From contig NC_014148.1 of assembly GCF_000092105.1 (NCBI RefSeq), forward strand, positions 3,450,001 to 3,482,000: a DNA stretch of 32,000 bases, in the 5' to 3' direction. The notes under the pieces are model-generated. The model ran no database searches. It was given only the letters and a program-made list of their open reading frames with translations, and was not told the origin of the DNA. Numbering within the stretch: the first letter of the stretch is position 1; every line of letters starts with the position of its first letter. Origin of the DNA: Planctopirus limnophila DSM 3776 (GTDB lineage: Bacteria > Planctomycetota > Planctomycetia > Planctomycetales > Planctomycetaceae). The translations under genes were made by a program, and so were the position numbers. Of this stretch, positions 16,315-25,022 are shown in pieces.

Positions 16315-18276
16315 TTAAAGATTCTGCCGGATCGGGGAGGGATTAGGCGTTCGAGGAGGAATGAACCCAGGTGTCACCCGGACTTTATAAGAACTGATCC
16401 CCCACCCTTTACCATATAAACTTTCTAGCTCGAGCCTGGCACGCACGGCCCAGGGCGTCCCGGGATAGCTTTCTGCAACAGTGGAAAGCATCTCATGGGC
16501 CTTCTCTCGCAGCTTTTCGGCGACTGGCCCACCCTCATCAATCGGACTCGAAGCGATCAGTTGCCACATATTGTGATCTGGTTGCTTCGGCTTAGCCTTC
16601 CCCGAAGTGATTTGTTCGAGCACACCCAGATAGCTGTGACAATACGCACGCTGGGCCACGAGTAGTGAAACCGCCAGATCATAATTGGCAAGCGATCTGC
16701 GGTCGCGCACTCGAGTGCGCCAGGGGCCCAGCTCTTCCAGAGATTTCAGATTCCGGGCTAACCCCGCATCGAAAGCTGCCACCATGGCTCGCGATTCAGG
16801 TAAGGTCAATCCACTGACGAGCAGATTATTCGGTATGGGAAACCGGCTTCCCGGTACACCCAGAGCCAAAGTTTTGTAATCTTCAGAAACCGCCACCAGT
16901 CCTGCCCGAAAGGGATCGAACTGCAGCGAACGTTGAACTGCCAGTCGATCTCCGTAGAGAGGTTGAAATTCCTCATTAATCTCAGGGTCAATTGCCGGAT
17001 CAATGTCGGTGCTTGACATCAGAAATAATCCACCCGTTTCTACACATAAACGTTTAAGACCAAAAGCCGCCTCACCGGTCAAAACTGTCGGCTGGTTGTA
17101 CGAAAAAAACGAATGAGCGGCAGGATCCATGAACTCCAGGTAAGCCGATTCCAGGCCGGGCTCAACGACACTGATGTATTGCTGACCTGACGGGTCAAAT
17201 CGATGAGTTTCCACAACCGGCCGACCCAGCACAGTCGATTTCCCAATGACAAAACAACGGATGAGATCCTTTTGCATCAGTTCAATGCAATGATCCAGAT
17301 TCCGAGAAACATCGGAGCCCTCTTCATCAGTGACCACGATGAACATGACGCGGAATGGAACCCGCTCTTTCGCTGGCCCATAGCGGTTTCTCGCGTTCAT
17401 AACTGCCAGGTAAGTGTTTTCAATCCCGCGTTCGGTCGAAGGCAATCGGTTGATCAAATCTTTGATTTTGAGAGGGTCTTTGACTGTTTTCGTCGAGAGT
17501 GCGTGCGGCTTGTCGTCAAAAGCCATCAAGCCGGTCTCCAATGAAGTCTCGATGGGCAGCTTCATCGACTTGAGCTGGGCATAGATTTTCTCCATGCGAT
17601 CAGCAATCACCCGGCGGTATTCGGTCATCGAGGGTGAAACATCCAGAATCCAGACGACTCGTGTCGGCCCTTCTTGCAGTGACTGAGCGATTTCCTCTGT
17701 CAGAATATCCACAGCCCCGGAAACACCATTGGCCCGGGTCATTTTCCCTGCCCTTAAGACAGGTTGCGAAAGTTGTGATGTCTCGAAACTGATCACTTCT
17801 CCCGGAGTTTGTGAGCCCGGCCCATAAAACTCACCCGCAATCTGCTCCTTTAAAACCATCGAAGATTGAACAGAAACGCCAGACGAATCAGCCCCCATGA
17901 CTCCATCTGCCGAGACCTGGCTGGACGATTCGTTGGGATCCGTCACCGTAGCAGCGACATCCATTGTCACGGGCAGCAGTTCTTCTGGCGTTGTCGCGAG
18001 GCCGGATTCAATCACAAAAGGGAGCTGAATCACTTCGGAAAACGTAATCAGCGACAACACCAGCAGTAACACCAGGTGCAGCACCAGACTGACAAACCAG
18101 GCACTCCGGCGATTCTGCACGGCAGGTCGGCTCATGGAGTCAGCCTGCGGAAGCTCCAAGCCTGCCAGCAGAGAAGGAACGGCCAGAGTAGTACCGGTTA
18201 AAGCTGAATTCCGGGTTTCATCATCGGCAGGTGTGGAGAACGTACGGGCCATGATGCTCCTGAATTGCTGGATCAC
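16315..18276 (-). CDS. membrane-anchored von Willebrand factor A (VWA) domain protein
   Basis: An N-terminal TM helix (AWFVSLVLHLVLLLVLSLITF), then the MIDAS-type motif VVWILDVSPSMTEY (DxSxS) and FIVVTDEEGSD. The C-terminal 250 aa or so match nothing I recognise. The start is uncertain (18276, 18252 or further in). Confidence 0.7.
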   Translation of the reverse strand: MIQQFRSIMARTFSTPADDETRNSALTGTTLAVPSLLAGLELPQADSMSRPAVQNRRSAWFVSLVLHLVLLLVLSLITFSEVIQLPFVIESGLATTPEELLPVTMDVAATVTDPNESSSQVSADGVMGADSSGVSVQSSMVLKEQIAGEFYGPGSQTPGEVISFETSQLSQPVLRAGKMTRANGVSGAVDILTEEIAQSLQEGPTRVVWILDVSPSMTEYRRVIADRMEKIYAQLKSMKLPIETSLETGLMAFDDKPHALSTKTVKDPLKIKDLINRLPSTERGIENTYLAVMNARNRYGPAKERVPFRVMFIVVTDEEGSDVSRNLDHCIELMQKDLIRCFVIGKSTVLGRPVVETHRFDPSGQQYISVVEPGLESAYLEFMDPAAHSFFSYNQPTVLTGEAAFGLKRLCVETGGLFLMSSTDIDPAIDPEINEEFQPLYGDRLAVQRSLQFDPFRAGLVAVSEDYKTLALGVPGSRFPIPNNLLVSGLTLPESRAMVAAFDAGLARNLKSLEELGPWRTRVRDRRSLANYDLAVSLLVAQRAYCHSYLGVLEQITSGKAKPKQPDHNMWQLIASSPIDEGGPVAEKLREKAHEMLSTVAESYPGTPWAVRARLELESLYGKGWGISSYKVRVTPGFIPPRTPNPSPIRQNL

Positions 18277-18802
18277 AATTCATGATTATTCAACTATGGG
18301 AGATCATTGGGCGCGAAGGTTATTAGAACATTTGCTCAGACTGAAACAATTGGGATTACTACGAATTTCCCCAAAAATCAGATCGCCAAAAAGGAATTGG
18401 CCAGTTTTCAGGAAATGGGAAAGTGACTGTTTCACCCGCCATCATCTTGACTGACCGATCTGCCAGCGAATTGCAGATTCTGCAGTGACCAGTGCCACTT
18501 CCAGTTGGAAGGGTTAGGCGAAGGTTGTCGCTGGGCAGGCCTCCGGCAAATTTCGCCGGTGCGGAAGGCCGATCTTAAAGTCGAGTGCGCCGTCCGAGCG
18601 TCATCGACCTTGAGACTGAGGCACGACCGCTGTGTTTCTGGAAGACTTGCAGCTTATCTGCCGTAGAATCTTAATGTTTGGCATCAGAACTGCTGTTCAG
18701 ATACCAGCATGAAGTCTCTCCAGGAAGGAGTTGCGAAGACGGGTTGAGCCGGGGAATGTCCCTGGTGAATCTGTCTCCAGAAAAATCGATCTTGACAGGA
18801 AC

Positions 18803-18831
18803 TTGAGATCGAAAATCCATCAGGTTAGAAT
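18803..18831 (+). promoter_or_regulatory. candidate sigma-70-type promoter for the small ORF at 18906
   Basis: TTGAGA (18803..18808), an exact 17-nt spacer, then TAGAAT (18826..18831), about 75 nt upstream of ATG 18906. A TTGACA also occurs at 18792..18797. Confidence 0.3.
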
Positions 18832-18905
18832 TTGGTCAGGAAGTTTCAGCGAGTCATTGGCACATCGGCCAGAAATGCCGGAGCTTCTCCATTATTGAGG
18901 TCTTC

Positions 18906-19115
18906 ATGAGCGAATCACTCCAAATCCATCTCACCAGCCGCCAGTGTGAACTGCTCCAGCGGGGATTGCGATTTGTCCGCAGCAGCCGCATGCTCGAGTT
19001 CCGGGATTCATCGGATATGACTGATGAAGAGAGGAAGCAGGAACTGGCCGAGATTCGCGAGCTGCAGAACATGATCGAAGCAGGTGTCAACACGGGCCGT
19101 ACGGCTCGGGTGTGA
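18906..19115 (+). CDS. hypothetical small protein (69 aa, predicted helical, charged)
   Basis: ATG-initiated ORF (MSESLQIHLTSRQCELLQRGLRFVRSS...DEERKQELAEIRELQNMIEAG) bracketed by a promoter-like element and a perfect terminator hairpin. I recognise no family. ORF 18854..19135 (-) is its shadow. Confidence 0.45.
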   Translation: MSESLQIHLTSRQCELLQRGLRFVRSSRMLEFRDSSDMTDEERKQELAEIRELQNMIEAGVNTGRTARV

Positions 19116-19223
19116 TTGGCTGGACTAAGTCTCATCGATCATTAATAGTTTCGTGCGGCAAATCGAGCCAAGACGGTTGACTGAGACCAATCGCGACACA
19201 CCAATTTAAGTCTGATCTTCAAA

Positions 19224-19267
19224 CAGAGAGAGGATTGTCAGTTCGACAATCCTCTCTCTGTTTTTTT
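19224..19267 (+). terminator. rho-independent terminator between convergent genes
   Basis: A perfect 16-bp stem CAGAGAGAGGATTGTC (19224..19239) / GACAATCCTCTCTCTG (19245..19260), a 5-nt loop, then TTTTTTT (19261..19267). Only a 3-nt T run follows it on the minus strand, so it mainly serves the + strand gene. Confidence 0.8.
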
Positions 19268-19288
19268 GTTGATTTTTACACGCAAGTT

Positions 19289-19792
19289 TTAAGTACGGGC
19301 TGATCCCTTCTTTTTGGGTGGGAGTGGAAGCTGGAATGAGTTTTCTCCAGCACGAACTTCGAATGGTTCGGGAAGCAGAATGTCTTCCGGTGGTTCAAGC
19401 ATCGGACGGGGAGGATCTCCAGGCTGCAATGGCTTACCAGGATTGCCCGTTGTGACCTTCACTCGATGTGAGCCCACAGCAGCGCCGCCTTGACCATCGA
19501 AGTAGCGTAGTTCAAATCGGCCCTGCGAATCTGTATTTCCAGATGAAGCCGTGCCTTTTGCAGGGGTAAAGATTACCAGTGCATCGGCGACCGGTGAGCC
19601 TTCTCGCATCACCTGACCGCTGACAGGGGCGAGGACAGGAGTATCACTGACTCCACAACCTGTTGCCAGGAAGACAAAACCTAAACTCCAACCATTCCAG
19701 CGAAAGCCGGTTAGTGAAAACAAGGAACTCAATTCACGACTCCTTTTGTCGAACTTAACTCGCTTAACCGAAGAATTACGTCTGATGACCAT
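19289..19792 (-). CDS. carboxypeptidase-regulatory-like domain lipoprotein
   Basis: Start taken at ATG 19792. It has a lipobox (FVFLATGC) followed by a single Ig-like/CarboxypepD_reg-type pattern: VSGQVMREGSPVADALVIFTP...GNTDSQGRFEL...GSHRVKVT. It lies 18 nt downstream of the DUF1559 gene. Confidence 0.7.
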   Translation of the reverse strand: MVIRRNSSVKRVKFDKRSRELSSLFSLTGFRWNGWSLGFVFLATGCGVSDTPVLAPVSGQVMREGSPVADALVIFTPAKGTASSGNTDSQGRFELRYFDGQGGAAVGSHRVKVTTGNPGKPLQPGDPPRPMLEPPEDILLPEPFEVRAGENSFQLPLPPKKKGSART

Positions 19793-19809
19793 GAGCTCGG
19801 ATAAACAAA

Positions 19810-20859
19810 TTAGAATTCGCCAACTGGAGTGTTGTCGTTCTTGTTGCACAGGGCATTCAAAATGGACTGTGACATGTTCTGTGATAGAAAACGGACAGAA
19901 CCATCTGCGAACAGGAAGTGAGCACCACCCGTGTGAGCCGAATTAAAGACGTGGTGGTAACCGGGATCGCCATACCAGTAGGGCACAGTACCGAATGGAT
20001 TGCTGCAGTCAGCGTCATAGTTGATGCCAGCCGGAGCCCGGAAACTTGTGACATTACCCCAGAAACCATAGTATTGATCAGCCGGATCTTCTCCACCAGG
20101 CCCTCCAGCCCACAGACCACCATTCGAGTTACTGGTCCGACGATCAACCGGATTGCCGCTGCAATCCTTTCGGAAGTTGCCTTGCTCACCCACCATCACA
20201 GTATTTGTGGAACCATCTGTCACCTTCTGCAAGCCAACTGTCGAGAAACCCTTAATGGGAGGGTTGATCAGCCCGTTCCAAACTTGACGACCATGAGCCC
20301 CTTCCCAGATCGTGTCATTTGCCGTCCCACCAGCTGGTGCATCGTAGGCACCGGCAATGCCCACATAATTCGTTGTCTGAATTGCAATAGAGTTCGGGAC
20401 ACCCGTTGTTAAGCCGCGCGTGGCTGTATTGGTGTTTTGAGTTCTTGTTTGAGGCAAGGGACTTGATGGGCAATTGAGACCCGCAACTCGCAAACTGCTC
20501 ATGGTCTGCCAGGCGCGGTTCTTACCACGTTCCATCGTGAAATCGTTGTCAGTAAAGGCCAGTGAATTGTAGGCCGCTGTCTGATCCATCATGGGGAACA
20601 GTCGGACAATCCAACTGGCTGCGGTTGTTGTCGATTGACCCGAGCTAGTGACGCGTGTCGTTGACATCGGAAACATGTTCGACTGGTCATGATAGTTGTG
20701 CATGGCCAGACCAAGTTGCTTGAGATTGTTACGGCACTGTGTCCGTCGAGCCGCCTCTCTTGCCTGCTGAACCGCAGGAAGAAGTAAGGCAATGAGCACC
20801 GCAATAATTGCGATGACCACCAGCAACTCAATCAACGTAAACCCTCGAAAACGCGGCAT
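19810..20859 (-). CDS. DUF1559 domain protein with prepilin-type N-terminal cleavage/methylation motif
   Basis: From ATG 20859 it reads MPRFRGFTLIELLVVIAIIAVLIALLLPAVQQAREAARRTQCRNNLKQLGLAMHNYHD, the stereotyped planctomycete DUF1559 N-terminus. The C-terminal HTGGAHFLFADGSVRFLS is also typical. Confidence 0.9.
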   Translation of the reverse strand: MPRFRGFTLIELLVVIAIIAVLIALLLPAVQQAREAARRTQCRNNLKQLGLAMHNYHDQSNMFPMSTTRVTSSGQSTTTAASWIVRLFPMMDQTAAYNSLAFTDNDFTMERGKNRAWQTMSSLRVAGLNCPSSPLPQTRTQNTNTATRGLTTGVPNSIAIQTTNYVGIAGAYDAPAGGTANDTIWEGAHGRQVWNGLINPPIKGFSTVGLQKVTDGSTNTVMVGEQGNFRKDCSGNPVDRRTSNSNGGLWAGGPGGEDPADQYYGFWGNVTSFRAPAGINYDADCSNPFGTVPYWYGDPGYHHVFNSAHTGGAHFLFADGSVRFLSQNMSQSILNALCNKNDNTPVGEF

Positions 20860-21639
20860 GTCAAATCTCTCCAGTAATACAAGTAAACATAGACTACTAT
20901 GGACATCTCGATATGACGCACAGTTCGTTCCAAAACTCAAAAAGATGAAGAAATTGTAATCTATAGACCATAAACGGAACTTTTATCACACTGATTGATC
21001 ATTTTAACATGCCAACCTTCATCTCAAAAATCATTAGTGATCGAAAAAACATACATATTCATGCATCATTACGCCGCAGAATTGCATCAATTGGGTGCAA
21101 TTGCTCAACCAAATCCGACAAATGTACGTAACGACAATATGAAGGGGAGACTGAATAACCAAACGACGATTGCCCACCTGAAATTGACGCTGCTGACACA
21201 TGTAATGTCGGGCGCAATAAGCGGCTCATGCAAACAGGAGGTGATCAACTGGTCGCCTTTTGATGCAGTCAAGACGGCACTTAGGAGCAGATTGCTGCAA
21301 TCACTAAGCAACAGCGGCTTCCCAATTGGCGTGAGGCAAAGGTTCTGGTATTCTTGATGTTACAGCCGTTTGCATTGACTGCTTCTCAGTTGGTGCCCGT
21401 CGGCTGACCTCGGTGCATCGCCTTTGTCTGTCAACCCCCGGAGATCATTGGGGGTTGAGCATAGGGTTCGATGACTCCCTGGGTTTGCCTTTTTGTCTTC
21501 TATACGGTGCCAGAAGCCGACATTTGCCAGGCAGTCTTTCGAATTCATCCCGATGATGTGACAAGTCAGATGATGTCCCGAATCAGTCGAACTGCGGCAA
21601 CAACGGAATTTCGGATACCGCCATCCCCTTGAGGATTTC

Positions 21640-22809
21640 ATGGCCAGCCCGCAGATCACACCGTCTCCAGCCGTTTCCAAATCAAGGTCCACTCCCAGCA
21701 TCAAGACGAAGGATCTCTTCGACGACTCGACCATGACTTTTGGCGAGCATCTCGAAGTGCTCCGCGTGCATGTCTTTCGTGCGATGATCGGACTGGTGAT
21801 CGCTGTCTGTTTTTCACTCTATGCCGGCGAATACATTGTCGCATTCATCCGCCAGCCGATTGATGCGGCCCTCGTGCGAAACAACATGATGGAATTCGTC
21901 CAGGCTGAGCCGCAGATGTCATCGGGTGATTTCTTCTCGTATCTCTCGAATTCGTTCTGGGCTCTTTGGGGCTATGAAAACAAGACTCCCGCATCTACCG
22001 ATACGCAAGAACTGAAACAGGAACTCGAACAACTCCAGACCGAGAAAACGAGCCCCAGCAAGTCGATCGATCTCCAATTGTCGGCTTACGAGCTGCTGTC
22101 CCAACTGCATCAGGTCGCCCCGGAGTCGCTACCGGCACCGAAAGAAGAACTCAAGGGGAAATCGATCACAGTCAAAGTGATGAGCGACACCTTCTCGACT
22201 TTGCGAAAGGCAGCCGAGAACAGCGTACGGCCGATCGCACTGAATGTTCAGGAAGCCTTTATGACTTATCTGAAGGTCGGCTTCGTTTCGGGCCTGGTCT
22301 TCGCCAGCCCATGGGTGATTTACCAGTTGTGGCTCTTTGTCGCTGCCGGGCTTTATCCTCACGAGCGGCGTTATGTGTATATCTATCTGCCCTTCAGTAT
22401 TGGATTGTTTTTGGCGGGGGCGGCCTTCTGTTACTTTGCCGTTTTCCCGCTGATGCTGGACTTCCTGCTGGGTTACAACGCCCGCCTGGGAATCAACCCG
22501 CAGATTCGCATCTCGGAGTGGATTTCGTTCGCCGTCAGTTTTCCACTGATGTTCGGCATCAGCTTTCAACTGCCACTGGTGATGATGTTCCTCGCGAAGA
22601 TCAACGTGGTGACTCCCAAGATGTTCCGCGAGCAGCGGCGAATGGCGATTCTCGTGATCGCGATTGCTTCGATGCTGCTGACTCCTTCCGGTGACCCAGC
22701 CAGTATGATTCTGATGATGGCCCCCCTGCTGGTTCTGTACGAATTGGGCATCTACCTCTGCAAAGTCCCCGAATCATCGGAAGAAGCGACTTCTCCAGAA
22801 GCCGCCTGA
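21640..22809 (+). CDS. tatC: twin-arginine translocase subunit TatC (with a long insertion in the first periplasmic loop)
   Basis: FGEHLEVLRVHVFRAMIGLVIAV (the TatC N-terminal block), LYPHERRYVYIYLPFSIGLFLAGAAFCYFAVFPLMLDFLL, and LLTPSGDPASM. An alternative start is ATG 21733 (MTFGEHLE). Confidence 0.85.
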   Translation: MASPQITPSPAVSKSRSTPSIKTKDLFDDSTMTFGEHLEVLRVHVFRAMIGLVIAVCFSLYAGEYIVAFIRQPIDAALVRNNMMEFVQAEPQMSSGDFFSYLSNSFWALWGYENKTPASTDTQELKQELEQLQTEKTSPSKSIDLQLSAYELLSQLHQVAPESLPAPKEELKGKSITVKVMSDTFSTLRKAAENSVRPIALNVQEAFMTYLKVGFVSGLVFASPWVIYQLWLFVAAGLYPHERRYVYIYLPFSIGLFLAGAAFCYFAVFPLMLDFLLGYNARLGINPQIRISEWISFAVSFPLMFGISFQLPLVMMFLAKINVVTPKMFREQRRMAILVIAIASMLLTPSGDPASMILMMAPLLVLYELGIYLCKVPESSEEATSPEAA

Positions 22810-22943
22810 TATTGGAGATCTGTGGCAAGCACAGACCATGAATGGTGGACTCGCGCAGGTCAGCTTTTCGTCATGTTTACGGTTCACCACTGCGACTTAG
22901 TGCGTGCAGCGATAGACACTTAAACGAGCAGATTTGCCCAGAG

Positions 22944-22970
22944 AACATGCAATTGCGCTTGCATGTTTTT
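22944..22970 (+). terminator. possible rho-independent terminator after tatC
   Basis: AACATGCAA (22944..22952) / TTGCATGTT (22959..22967), a 6-nt loop, and a T run to 22970. The stem is AT-rich and lies about 135 nt after the stop, so this is tentative. Confidence 0.4.
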
Positions 22971-23327
22971 ATGCATTGATCTTTTTTCCCAACAATCGTG
23001 TGAGATTTGCCCGCGAGAGTTGCCCTCCGCGCAATCAACGATTGAAATGCGCCCTGAATTTCAGCACTCCGAATGACAGCGGCAACCAGAGCCTCGAGCT
23101 CGTCGTGATTTGGAACTGATTGGCGCAGTGAATGCAGTGTCCTTTCGTATCGCAGGCTTTTCCTTCCGAGTTGTTGACCTCCTTTTTAACACAATGAATC
23201 AGAATCTGATGGCTTCTGATTGTTGATGTGAGCAAGGAGCTTTGAGGAACTGTCCAAGCGAGCAAAGTGACACTGACGTTTGAGACAACTGCAGGAATTC
23301 CTCCTGTTTTGTGACAAAGGTTTGAGA

Positions 23328-24701
23328 ATGAAGCGGATCGCAATTCTGACTGCCGGCGGTGATACTCCCGCACTCAATGCCACCATCTACGGGGCTGTCG
23401 AGCGAGCCAATGCCCTCAAGATCGAGGTTTATGGCATCATTCGAGGCTATGCGGGCCTTGTCGATCCGCGAACACCTCATGTGCGGCTCAACCCGCTTTT
23501 CACCACCATTCCCGAACTTGATCCCTGTAAAGGAGGCACTCTGCTGGGTGCTTCCCGTACCTATGTCGATCCCGCCGAAAGTGAACTCCTGGGCCAGATT
23601 GGCAGTCGGCTCAAAAAGCTCGGCATTGAAGGTCTGATCTGTGTCGGCGGTGACGGCACAATCAACGGCATGCAGCCACTTTCCGAGATGCTCCCCTGCG
23701 TACTGGCTCCAAAAACCATCGACAACGATCTCGGGCTTAACTATCTCGATGAAGTTCACGAATGGAACGAAGCGGGCGACCGCAAAGAACTGCTGACCAA
23801 ACCTCAGCGCGAAGCCATTCAACTCGACGAAATCATTAACTTTGCCACTCCCGGTTATGCCACAGCCTGCTTTGTGGTCGCCCAGGGGATGGAGCGCATC
23901 CGCACGACGGCAGAAAGCCACCGCCGGATTGCAATTGTCGAAGTCATGGGACGAGATTCCGGCTATATCCCGCTCGGCTCTGCTTACGGCCAGCCCGATG
24001 TCATCCTGATTCCTGAAGTGCCGCTCGATATGGATCGTCTTGAACGACGTATTGCCGAGCTTTACGACCTGCAGAAGCACGTGGTCATTTCGATTGGCGA
24101 AGGGATTGTCGATTCGACTGGCCATCAACTGGGTGCGGCTCATAAGAGCTTCGACCCCGCAGGCAACGTGGTCTTCAGCGGTGCGGCTGAAGAATTGAAA
24201 CGCATGCTGGTTAAGCGATTTGGTGATGAATTCTTTGATAGCCGCCGCAAGCACGAATCGGGGGATTCGGCGATCTTTACTCGTAAAGTGGGTCACACCC
24301 AGCGTGGTGGTCGTCCGATTCTGTTTGATCGCTTCTATGCGACACAACTCGGTGGCAAAACGGTCGATCTGCTGCATCAAGGCAAAAACAACGTGATTGC
24401 CACGTTGCAGTGGTCTACTAAAGATGGCTTCCGCCTCGATTCGATCCCTGCCCAACGCCTGCGCGATCAGTGGGGCCGCATTCATGCCCGGCATGTGCAC
24501 CCCTCACTGTACGATGCCGATAAGTTCCAGCCATCGCGACTGGGGATGCAGTATCTTTCGACTATCCTCACCAGTGCCGTGGGTGCCGACGATATCGAAC
24601 AGCTCTCACGCGAGATCTTCAGCCCGGGCAAACTGGTGGCTCGTTACCAGAGTGTGAATATCGACATCCAGCGGCGGATCGAAACCATCAAGGATGCCTG
24701 A
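23328..24701 (+). CDS. 6-phosphofructokinase family enzyme (phosphoryl donor not assignable by eye)
   Basis: From ATG 23328: MKRIAILTAGGDTPALNA, ICVGGDGTINGM, APKTIDNDL, VMGRDSGYIPL, VGHTQRGG, which are all core PFK-A family blocks. Track ORF 23199..24500 (-) is an antisense shadow. Confidence 0.9.
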   Translation: MKRIAILTAGGDTPALNATIYGAVERANALKIEVYGIIRGYAGLVDPRTPHVRLNPLFTTIPELDPCKGGTLLGASRTYVDPAESELLGQIGSRLKKLGIEGLICVGGDGTINGMQPLSEMLPCVLAPKTIDNDLGLNYLDEVHEWNEAGDRKELLTKPQREAIQLDEIINFATPGYATACFVVAQGMERIRTTAESHRRIAIVEVMGRDSGYIPLGSAYGQPDVILIPEVPLDMDRLERRIAELYDLQKHVVISIGEGIVDSTGHQLGAAHKSFDPAGNVVFSGAAEELKRMLVKRFGDEFFDSRRKHESGDSAIFTRKVGHTQRGGRPILFDRFYATQLGGKTVDLLHQGKNNVIATLQWSTKDGFRLDSIPAQRLRDQWGRIHARHVHPSLYDADKFQPSRLGMQYLSTILTSAVGADDIEQLSREIFSPGKLVARYQSVNIDIQRRIETIKDA

Positions 24702-24839
24702 TGCCATTTTGGCCTTATGGGATGGACACGAAATTTCGTCATCGATTCGGTGATGGAATCTCACCATTCATCGAATTGAGCCGGGGCTATCTCTTTCGTT
24801 GACTACCCCTGTGACCACTGTGTCACAATTCCTAAAGCG

Positions 24840-24878
24840 AAATGCCCTCTGGTGTTGAATCAGAGGGCATTTTCTTTT
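24840..24878 (+). terminator. rho-independent terminator after the phosphofructokinase gene
   Basis: A 12-bp stem AAATGCCCTCTG (24840..24851) / CAGAGGGCATTT (24861..24872), a 9-nt loop, followed by a T-rich tail (TCTTTT). Confidence 0.7.
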
Positions 24879-25022
24879 CAACAGGTTTCCCAGCGAAAGT
24901 GGTTATCAAAGTTGATCTTGCGGCAATTGTGAGGCCCGATTTAGATTAAGCAAGACGTTTTGTTATCGTCGCAATTCACGATCTTGGAATGATCCGATTC
25001 GGTTGCTCCCCTCGAGTGGCCG

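Noticed and set aside
21464-21479. GGGTTCGATGACTCCC, which superficially resembles a tRNA/tmRNA T-arm (GGTTCGA..CC).
   Set aside because: The loop length is wrong for a T-loop. I could not build flanking acceptor, D or anticodon arms, nor tmRNA-like 5'/3' ends.
22990-23190. A protein-like minus-strand frame (..ELEALVAAVIRSAEIQGAFQSLIARRATLAGK..) between tatC and pfk, preceded by an AAGGAGG-like sequence at 23181..23190.
   Set aside because: The frame opens right after a TAA. It has no ATG, GTG or TTG start until late in the frame, so no plausible initiation codon gives a product of useful length. It may be a gene remnant, but I cannot support a feature.
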